From NCBI GenBank assembly GCA_051652765.1, contig JBOFUV010000083.1, forward strand, positions 1 to 13,576: 13,576 bases of DNA. Reading direction: 5' to 3'. The notes beneath the pieces were generated by a model. That model ran no database searches, had not been told where the DNA came from, and saw only the letters and a list, made by a program, of their open reading frames with translations. The stretch comes from Microcoleaceae cyanobacterium. GTDB taxonomy: Bacteria > Cyanobacteriota > Cyanobacteriia > Cyanobacteriales > Microcoleaceae. The translations under genes and the position numbers were made by a program. This document shows positions 6,915 to 13,576 of the stretch, piece after piece; position 1 is the stretch's first letter; each line of letters begins with the position of its first letter.

Positions 6915-7895
6915 TCACGTATACAAATCTGCCACATACTCTTCATAACCGTTGTATAACAGGGTGGGTTGTTTTCCCCAGGCAAAACTGGGGCCATTAC
7001 TAACAATTCGTTCCGTTGCCTGTGACCAACGCGGATGAGGAACACTGGGATTAACATTCGCCTCAAAGCCGTATTCATCCGGCGCTAAAACGTTCCAAAA
7101 TGTTGGCGGTTGCTGATCAAGAAATTCGATTTTGACAATGGATTTTGCCCCTTTAAATCCATATTTCCAGGGTAGAACTGCCCGGATGGGTGCGCCGTTT
7201 TGTTTGGGCAGGGTTTTTCCGTAGATGCCCGTGGCGAAGAACGCCAGATCATTGGCCATTTCTTCAATTCTCAGTCCCTCGGTATAGGGCCAAGGATAGT
7301 TCAAGGCCCAAAATCCAGGGCCTTTAGTAATTTTAGGATCATAGAAAGACGTAAACCGAACAAATTTTGCCTGGTCAGTGGGTTCAACATCTTTCATTAA
7401 CAATCTCATGGGAAACCCTACCCAGGGCACAACCATGGCCCAGGCTTCTACACAACGAAACCGATAGATCCGCTCTTCCTGTGGGAATTTCTGTTGTAAA
7501 GTATCAATATCATAGACTTGAGGGTTCTTCACCAGGCCCGTGACTTCAACTTTCCAGTTTTCTGTCGGGAGGGCTTGAGCAGCTTCCCAAATTGATTTTG
7601 TTCCCCCAAATTCGTAGAAGTTATTGTACTGAGTTGCAAAGTCTTCACGGGTTATAGCCCGACCAACCTCTTTAAACTTGGGATTTTGAGAAAGGTTTGA
7701 AAATCCAGTTTGGTTGTTTGTTACAGTATTGATTTCTGCCTCAGAACGGTTGCATCCTGCAAGGGAAAATGCGGCAGCCCCCAACCCTACGTTGATCAAA
7801 TTCTTCATGAAGCGGCGACGATTGAAAAATAAGGACTCTGGTGTCACCATCCGTTCGGGGAGTTCCCAGAATTTTGGAGTATGAATTAAAGGCAT
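6915..7895 (-). CDS. msrP: Protein-methionine-sulfoxide reductase catalytic subunit MsrP (YedY)
   Basis: VTPESLFFNRRRFMK Tat signal, YNNFYEFG, ERIYRFRCVEAW (Mo-ligating Cys), WPYTEGLR, PKQNGAP, PWKYGFKGAKSIVKI, HPRWSQA, TLLYNGY. Confidence 0.96.
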   Translation of the reverse strand: MPLIHTPKFWELPERMVTPESLFFNRRRFMKNLINVGLGAAAFSLAGCNRSEAEINTVTNNQTGFSNLSQNPKFKEVGRAITREDFATQYNNFYEFGGTKSIWEAAQALPTENWKVEVTGLVKNPQVYDIDTLQQKFPQEERIYRFRCVEAWAMVVPWVGFPMRLLMKDVEPTDQAKFVRFTSFYDPKITKGPGFWALNYPWPYTEGLRIEEMANDLAFFATGIYGKTLPKQNGAPIRAVLPWKYGFKGAKSIVKIEFLDQQPPTFWNVLAPDEYGFEANVNPSVPHPRWSQATERIVSNGPSFAWGKQPTLLYNGYEEYVADLYT

Positions 7896-7914
7896 AGTAA
7901 TCTTTAGGTTTAGA

Positions 7915-7956
7915 GTGCTGGTTAGAAGGAATTAGTTAGAAGGTGCTGGTTAGTTT
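7915..7956. repeat. Imperfect 14-bp-period tandem repeat in the msrP leader
   Basis: GTGCTGGTTAGAAG / GAATTAGTTAGAAG / GTGCTGGTTAGTTT. Confidence 0.6.
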
Positions 7957-7999
7957 GAATGGTTCAGCTAACCCAGTAATGCACTAACCTACTGAGTAT

Positions 8000-8109
8000 A
8001 TATAGCGATCCTGAATCAATCCTGAAAAAATCTAGAGAGGGATTTGGGGCGTTGTGCCCAAATCCCTTTTCACAATTCAAATTTCACAATTCAAATCGGA
8101 TTGCTATAT
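8000..8109. mobile_element. MITE-like non-autonomous element with terminal inverted repeats and an internal hairpin (probably IS630-family related)
   Basis: ATATAGCGATCC (8000-8011) pairs with GGATTGCTATAT (8098-8109) at 11/12; TA at both ends; perfect 11-bp stem AGGGATTTGGG (8038-8048)/CCCAAATCCCT (8057-8067); TTTCACAATTCAAA tandemly duplicated (8068-8095). Confidence 0.72.
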
Positions 8110-8177
8110 TCCTGCGGGCTACCGTCAAACTTCAAGAAAGACTTATGATTAAACTATAGACGAACGCTGGGTTGGTT

Positions 8178-10394
8178 ATGAGCTATTGTATTAATCCTCA
8201 CTGCAACATCCCTCAAAATCCTGCTCACCATCACTTTTGTCAAAGTTGTGGTTCAAGCCTGAAGCTGAAAGGTCGCTATCGGGTGATTAAACGGTTAGGC
8301 AAAGCCCAAGCTAGCCAAACCTTACTAGCAGTCGATGAGGATCAACCCACCCAACCTCGCTGCGTGATCAAGCAGTTTTCCGATCTTGATGGTGTAAACC
8401 CTAATGATATAGATAGTGTCGCTCAAGCTGAAAGTTCGGGTGCTCTAATATCGCCTCAAACTCGCAAACAGCAGTTGCAACTTTTGATCACAGATTGGAA
8501 ACGAGCGAGTCAGTGGGCTAATATTCCAGAACTGTGGGCTGCTTTTGAGCAGGATGGTTGTCAGTATCTGATTCATGAATATATTGCTGGACGCAATCTT
8601 GCTGAGGCTGTTGCGGGGGAAGAAACCTTTGCGGAGGCTCAGGTCTGGAATTTGTTATCGGACATTCTGCCCACGCTGCAATCCCTACACACGCATGGTT
8701 TAATCCATGGAGACATCAAACCCGCAAATATTATTCAGCAGAAGCCTGTTTTCAAGCAACCCCTGCGTCCCCTCAACTTATCCAGTCGCCCCCCCGCCAA
8801 ACACCACAACCCTGAAAATTCTGCCTCTTCTGCCCCGGTTTCCACCCTGAATACTCCTGCATCTGAACAGTTTGTTCTAGTTGATCTGGGCATTATTCTA
8901 GGGGCAACTCCAATTGACCGAGACAGTGATCTAGAAGATCTAGAAATTGATCCCCTTGCTCCTGTAGCCTCTCTTCCTATAAGTTGGGGTTCAGCAGAGT
9001 ATGCCTCTCCTGAACAGTTGAGAGGTCAGGTTCAGCCCAATAGCGATCTTTACAGTTTGGGAGTGACTTGTCTCCACACATTGACCCAGTTGTCCCCGTT
9101 TGATCTGCTGGACACTACCTCTGAGCAGTGGGTCTGGCAAGATTATCTCAAACACCCTGTGAGTCCTCGACTAGAGGCAATCCTGGATCGCCTGATCGAC
9201 CGGAATCCAGCCAAACGGTATCAGTCAGCAGCAGAAGCAATCAGGGCTATCCACAATGGATTGGGGTGGCGAGGTTTACCGCCGTTCTCTAAGCTGAAAT
9301 GGCAGCTCGTGGCTGGGGCTGGAGCTGCGATCGCTGGCCTTTTTTTGGTATTGGCCTCTCGGTTAGTTCCTAGTCCTGAATTTGTCGTTTACTCTCCAGA
9401 AATGAAGGAAAGGAGTTTACATCCTCCAACAATACTTCAGCCCGATCTGTTTCCCCAGGGTGATCTGCAAGCCTTTCCCACCGTACGAACGTTGATGGAG
9501 AAACCAGGGCCAGTTTGGGCGATCGCCGTTAGCTCAAATGGTCAGATTGTTGCCTCTGGAAACACAGACGGAACGATTGATTTGCTGGACTTTCAGACGG
9601 GTAAAGTCTTAGACACCCTCAGGGGGCATTCTCATCCAGTCAGTACCCTGGCAATTAGCAATGACGGTCGGATTCTGGTGAGCGGGAGTGGGGACAACAC
9701 AATCCAAGTCTGGGACTTGCAAAGGGGTCGCCTATTAAAACGGCTGGATGGTCACCAGGGATGGATTTATGCCGTTGCTATCAGTCCTGATGGGAGAGCT
9801 ATTGCCAGCGCTAGCCGTGATCTAACCGTTCGTCTCTGGGACATGCAGACCGGTCAGGAATTTAGACAGTTGCAGGGGAATGCCGAGGATGTTCAAACCT
9901 TAGCCTTTGCCCCAGATAACCGGACTCTAGTGACAGGTGGGAGCAATGGTGTCGTTGAACTGTGGGATTGGCAAATGGGACAACTGCTGCGGAGTGTTCG
10001 AGCCCATGACACCATGGTTTGGACAATTAGTATCAGTCCCGATGGTCAAACCCTAGCCACGGGCAGTTGGGATCATACAATTAAGCTGTGGAATCTGGGT
10101 CAGCTCCAGTCCAATTCTCTCAACACGGTTAATTTCAGCCCTGCTCCCCAACGGGTTCTGGTCGGGCATCATGATAAATTACATTCGTTAAGGTTCAGTC
10201 CCGATAGTCAAACCCTAGCGAGCGGGGACTTTGCCGGAACCATTCATCTTTGGCAAATGCCAACTGGAATTTTCATGGGTACGCTCAAAGGTCACCACTC
10301 TTGGGTTGATGTAGAATTTGACCCTGAGGGTAAGACATTAGTGAGTGGCGGTTTTGATAACACAATTAAACTCTGGGATATTTTGCCTGATTAA
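8178..10394 (+). CDS. Ser/Thr protein kinase(-like) with 4-Cys N-terminal prefix, TM helix and about seven WD40 repeats
   Basis: MSYCINPHC...FCQSCG prefix; CVIKQF, HGDIKPAN, LVDLG, GSAEYASPEQ, SDLYSLG; TM WQLVAGAGAAIAGLFLVLA; GH...WD repeats. ATG 8178 preferred over TTG 8172. Confidence 0.93.
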   Translation: MSYCINPHCNIPQNPAHHHFCQSCGSSLKLKGRYRVIKRLGKAQASQTLLAVDEDQPTQPRCVIKQFSDLDGVNPNDIDSVAQAESSGALISPQTRKQQLQLLITDWKRASQWANIPELWAAFEQDGCQYLIHEYIAGRNLAEAVAGEETFAEAQVWNLLSDILPTLQSLHTHGLIHGDIKPANIIQQKPVFKQPLRPLNLSSRPPAKHHNPENSASSAPVSTLNTPASEQFVLVDLGIILGATPIDRDSDLEDLEIDPLAPVASLPISWGSAEYASPEQLRGQVQPNSDLYSLGVTCLHTLTQLSPFDLLDTTSEQWVWQDYLKHPVSPRLEAILDRLIDRNPAKRYQSAAEAIRAIHNGLGWRGLPPFSKLKWQLVAGAGAAIAGLFLVLASRLVPSPEFVVYSPEMKERSLHPPTILQPDLFPQGDLQAFPTVRTLMEKPGPVWAIAVSSNGQIVASGNTDGTIDLLDFQTGKVLDTLRGHSHPVSTLAISNDGRILVSGSGDNTIQVWDLQRGRLLKRLDGHQGWIYAVAISPDGRAIASASRDLTVRLWDMQTGQEFRQLQGNAEDVQTLAFAPDNRTLVTGGSNGVVELWDWQMGQLLRSVRAHDTMVWTISISPDGQTLATGSWDHTIKLWNLGQLQSNSLNTVNFSPAPQRVLVGHHDKLHSLRFSPDSQTLASGDFAGTIHLWQMPTGIFMGTLKGHHSWVDVEFDPEGKTLVSGGFDNTIKLWDILPD

Positions 10395-10398
10395 TCTT

Positions 10399-11265
10399 TT
10401 AGCGTTGTTTCATTCTTCGTTCCAGGGTCAAGGATGAGATCACTAGCAACACCGAGGCCAACAGCATTAGACTCGACAAAGCGTTGATCATTGGGCTCAC
10501 AGAAAGTTTAATCATGCCATAGACGAACAACGGCAGGGTTGTAGCCCCAACTCCAGTGGTGAAGAAGGCAATCATAAAATCATCCAGGGAGACGGTGAAG
10601 GCCAGCAAGGCTCCAGCCAGAATTCCAGGCCAAATCAGGGGTAACGTGATCCGGATAAACGTCCGCCATTCATTGGCCCCCAAATCAGACGCGGCTTCCT
10701 CGAGTTGAGGATCGACTTCTGATAATCGCGCCCGCACTGTCAAGGTCACATAGGCCAAATTGAACGTCACATGACCAATGATGACAGTAGGTAATCCCAG
10801 AGTTAGATGGATTCCAGTGAAGGTTTCAATCAGTTGAAACAGCAGGGAAAAAAAGACGAGTAGGGAAATCCCCAGGGTGATCTCCGGAATGATAATTGGC
10901 AAGAACAACACGCTTTCTAAAAGCCGATATCCTGGAAAGTGAAATCGCTCTAGGGCAAGGGCAATCGTCGTTCCTAAAATCGTTCCTAAAATTGTTGAGG
11001 TGATCGCAACCGTCAAACTATTTTGCAACGCTTGCCAGACTTGAGAACTGTCCAGGTTGACTGCTGTTAAACCTGTTGTTGAACCTATGCCAAATAAACT
11101 GCGATACCAATCCAATGTAAACCCTGTCCACACCGCATCAAACCGAGAGGCATTGAATGAATAGAGAATCAAAATCAGGATCGGTAAATACAGAAATGTA
11201 AATCCTGCGATCGCATGACCCCAAAGCCATTTTTTCCCCAGGTTTCGGATAAAACTGTCAAGCAT
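10399..11265 (-). CDS. potC: ABC transporter permease, spermidine/putrescine PotC-like
   Basis: FLYLPILILILYSFN, WTGFTLDWY, PEITLGISLL, EAA loop LEEAASDLGA, SLDDF, TLPL. Start ATG 11265 or TTG 11286. Confidence 0.85.
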   Translation of the reverse strand: MLDSFIRNLGKKWLWGHAIAGFTFLYLPILILILYSFNASRFDAVWTGFTLDWYRSLFGIGSTTGLTAVNLDSSQVWQALQNSLTVAITSTILGTILGTTIALALERFHFPGYRLLESVLFLPIIIPEITLGISLLVFFSLLFQLIETFTGIHLTLGLPTVIIGHVTFNLAYVTLTVRARLSEVDPQLEEAASDLGANEWRTFIRITLPLIWPGILAGALLAFTVSLDDFMIAFFTTGVGATTLPLFVYGMIKLSVSPMINALSSLMLLASVLLVISSLTLERRMKQR

Positions 11266-11314
11266 AATCCCGATTCTTTTCCCCAACTCTTCATCAATTC
11301 TTCAAGTCAATTCT

Positions 11315-12262
11315 TTAGGTTAACATCCTACGATTATGCAGGTCTAAAAATTTGAGTTGTCGATAGAGGGTGGCAATTCGAGATAGGTTAATACCAGCAG
11401 CCGTTGCTAACCGCAAAGGATTCCCAAAAATTGCCTCAATTTCTAAGGGTTGTTGCCGATCATAGTCCAGTTTCATACTGGTAAGATAGGGTTTCATATT
11501 GTCTGTATGATCCAGCATCATTTGAATGAATGAATCAGGAATCTTGCGATCGCATCCTTTGGCCCCCGATACAACCTCTTGCATAAGCTCCGTCACCAAA
11601 AGGCGAGTTTCTGAACAATGCATAATCTCATCCGTTCGAGCGTTCAAAATCACCGACAAGCCATTGTAGGGGATATTCCAAACCAGCTTTTGCCATCGGG
11701 CCAGTAGCAAATCCTCACTGAGATTAACTGGAATTCCAGCTAATTCAAAATCCTCAGCAATTTGTTCAAGCAATGCTGTTCTGCCAGCAGCCTGATAATG
11801 AGGCTGGTATTCTCCCAGAGCTATCGTCCCATAATCCAGGTGACGAATGTGCCCTGGCCCAACTTTATTAGAACAGATAAAACACAGTCCACCAATAATC
11901 TGTTGATTACCCACGATCTCGGCAATTTCTGATTCAGTACCCAACCCATTTTGAAGCACTAAAACAATCGTTTTCCGCTTGATTAAAAACGGTAAAAGTT
12001 CTCGAAGTTGAAGATTGTGAGTCGTTTTTAGCGCAACAATAACGACATCGCAATCAGGCATATTCTGGACGGTATTATAGGCATGAACATGAGGTAGGAT
12101 CAAGTCTCCATCAGGAGATTCAACTCTTAAGCCCCGTTGACAAACCTGTTCATAATCTCCGCGCAGCAAAAAGTGAACGTCCAGCCCTGCATGTTGCAAC
12201 TTTGCACCATAAAAACCGCCAACTGCTCCTGTTCCTAAAACTGCATAACTTCGAGTTCCCAT
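11315..12262 (-). CDS. panE: Putative 2-dehydropantoate 2-reductase (PanE/ApbA family)
   Basis: GTGAVGGFYG Rossmann motif, VALKT, LQNGLG, WQKLVWN, TSMKLDY, LEIEAIFG. Confidence 0.88.
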   Translation of the reverse strand: MGTRSYAVLGTGAVGGFYGAKLQHAGLDVHFLLRGDYEQVCQRGLRVESPDGDLILPHVHAYNTVQNMPDCDVVIVALKTTHNLQLRELLPFLIKRKTIVLVLQNGLGTESEIAEIVGNQQIIGGLCFICSNKVGPGHIRHLDYGTIALGEYQPHYQAAGRTALLEQIAEDFELAGIPVNLSEDLLLARWQKLVWNIPYNGLSVILNARTDEIMHCSETRLLVTELMQEVVSGAKGCDRKIPDSFIQMMLDHTDNMKPYLTSMKLDYDRQQPLEIEAIFGNPLRLATAAGINLSRIATLYRQLKFLDLHNRRMLT

Positions 12263-12299
12263 GTATCGTCAGTGTTTAATTTTTACCAGGCGGGATTAA

Positions 12300-12695
12300 T
12301 CAAGTCAGCCATTGCAAAATCATATCAGGAAGAGGTTGTCGCTTCCGAGAGCTAGGACTAATACAAACGTGCTTTGTCGCTGCTTTGGCAACTAGACTCT
12401 GATTGTTTTCAGAGTTTGAAATTCTGTAGTGAATTTCAAACTCTGTCTCTGTAAGTTGTTGACGAGTTAAGTCAATAAAAATGCGATCGCCACAGAAAAT
12501 GGGCTGATAAAAGTCTATATTGGCATGAACAATCGGAATAGCAAACTCTGAGGAACTAAAAAAGCTCCTCAAATTAATTTGACTGAAGGCAAGTGAAGCC
12601 TCATAAGCCTCATGGCACATGGACAAAAGATTAGAAAAATAGACTACTCCCGCAGCATCTGTATCTTGGAACTGAATTATTCGAACATGACTCAT
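12300..12695 (-). CDS. Hotdog-fold thioesterase, cyanobacterial 1,4-dihydroxy-2-naphthoyl-CoA hydrolase type (phylloquinone pathway)
   Basis: FQDTDAAGVVYF with CHEAYEASL, PIVHANIDF and TKHVCI motifs. Confidence 0.85.
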   Translation of the reverse strand: MSHVRIIQFQDTDAAGVVYFSNLLSMCHEAYEASLAFSQINLRSFFSSSEFAIPIVHANIDFYQPIFCGDRIFIDLTRQQLTETEFEIHYRISNSENNQSLVAKAATKHVCISPSSRKRQPLPDMILQWLT

Positions 12696-12764
12696 AGAAA
12701 CAATTCCAAATTAACCCCTTAAGGATATGACACCGACCCAGAAATTTTGAGAGCAATCCATGAT

Positions 12765-13190
12765 CTAGCCCTTATTCTTGATTAACATCACGTCAATAAT
12801 CTTATTGGCAACTTCCTCAGATAGACCCAGAGAGTTGTAGAGCGCATCTAACAAGCTTTCCTCTTCATCCGCCAATTCTCCATCAGATAAAGTGATATCC
12901 GTAGCAACGGCAAAAGCAGTTTCCCGCAAGTCTTGAGGAAGCTTTGTAATTGCGGTTTTCATCAAGGTTTCATACCCCTCTAGCTTAATCTGACTCAGCA
13001 ACCGATCGAGCATCTCATTTTTCGACTCAGCCGAGTAACCCTGAAACAGTTGCATCCGTGTAAAGGTTGTTCTAAGAATTTGGGACTCACTATTCGTGAT
13101 AACGCCATCAGCAGCTACTGCGGTTAAAGCAATCGCAGCAAAGGCTTCCGCTGGAGTCAACTCGACAGCATTAGAAGGAGCAGTAGACAT
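12765..13190 (-). CDS. TerB-family (tellurite resistance-like) protein
   Basis: LTPAEAFAAIALTAVAADG...E, RMQLF, LRETAFAVATDITLSDG...EE, C-terminal IKNKG. ATG 13190 preferred over GTG 13232. Confidence 0.85.
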   Translation of the reverse strand: MSTAPSNAVELTPAEAFAAIALTAVAADGVITNSESQILRTTFTRMQLFQGYSAESKNEMLDRLLSQIKLEGYETLMKTAITKLPQDLRETAFAVATDITLSDGELADEEESLLDALYNSLGLSEEVANKIIDVMLIKNKG

Positions 13191-13420
13191 GACTTTAGAC
13201 CTACTAGTTAAGGTTTGGAATACTCTGAACACAATAGTGCAGGTTTTTCAAACAGAGCCATTTTTTCCAATCTAGTTAAGAAAGATCGGGTTGAGCCGAA
13301 GAAATCTTGCCAGTCCCAGGACTGAAATCAGTACAAATGCTCAAGTTCAAAGAATTCTAGTTAGTTCAGGATTTACCCAACAATCACGCTCAATCCAGGT
13401 CACGATCGGGCTTAAAGGAC

Positions 13421-13576
13421 TAAAAAACAGCCCAGCCAAAAATCATTTAAGGGAAGGGGTTGACAGAAGGGTGTGGGATAGAATAGATTAGTAAATGCGC
13501 TCGAGAAACAGAGAAACGAACGAAGCGCTCGAACCTAGAAAATTGAAGAGCTAGAAAGCCTGAAAGCATTCCTTGA
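13421..13576 (+). promoter_or_regulatory. Probable rRNA operon promoter and leader (UP-like A tracts, -35/-10, boxB-like hairpin, boxA)
   Basis: TTGACA 13460-13465, TAGATT 13484-13489 (18-bp spacer), A-tracts upstream, imperfect stem GCGCTCG (13497-13503)/CGAAGCGC (13521-13528), then GAACCTAGAAAA (13531-13542), which resembles cyanobacterial boxA GAACCTTGAAAA. The 16S sequence itself is not in the window. Confidence 0.75.

Larger units (their letters stand above)
814..12490. repeat. Dispersed HIP1 octamers (GCGATCGC)
   Basis: Found by eye starting at 814, 990, 3591, 5184, 6189, 9327, 9519, 11207, 11546 and 12483. Confidence 0.92.

Noticed and set aside
5856..7400. Short ORFs within the hydrolase and msrP
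   Set aside because: Antisense or alternate-frame shadows.
7900..8110. Possible CRISPR array or mini-array
   Set aside because: Repeats are 14 bp or shorter and tandem or inverted, without unique 30-40 bp spacers. No array seen anywhere in the window.
10969..10992. Exact 12-bp tandem CGTTCCTAAAAT x2 in potC
   Set aside because: In-frame ILGT-ILGT within a TM helix; no sign of disruption or separate function.
12765..13190. terB-like gene as part of a ter stress or anti-phage operon
   Set aside because: No other ter genes nearby; stand-alone in housekeeping context.
13291..13491. 66-aa plus-strand ORF
   Set aside because: TTG start, no motifs, and runs through the probable rRNA promoter.

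Overview
Chromosomal window from a cyanobacterium: I counted ten HIP1 octamers (GCGATCGC), and there is a psaX-like gene. The left edge carries the 5' 293 codons of a type III-B CRISPR cmr1 gene (minus strand, missed by the ORF track because it runs off the window). It lies 90 bp downstream of a response regulator and an RfaE/HldA-type kinase on the same strand. Next come lipA, a predicted membrane-anchored NYN(LabA/DUF88)-LOTUS ribonuclease, psaX, a membrane alpha/beta hydrolase and msrP (Tat signal plus lipobox, no msrQ in the window). A ~110-bp MITE-like element precedes a Ser/Thr kinase-TM-WD40 protein with degenerate N-lobe motifs. A minus-strand run follows (terB-like, DHNA-CoA thioesterase, panE-like, lone potC-like permease). 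The right edge looks like an rRNA operon promoter/leader (TTGACA, TAGATT, hairpin, boxA). No CRISPR array or RNA gene body is visible. All family calls come from motif recognition by eye, not database searches. I cannot demonstrate a new system; the best leads are the cmr1 locus edge, the NYN-LOTUS protein and the possible pseudokinase.
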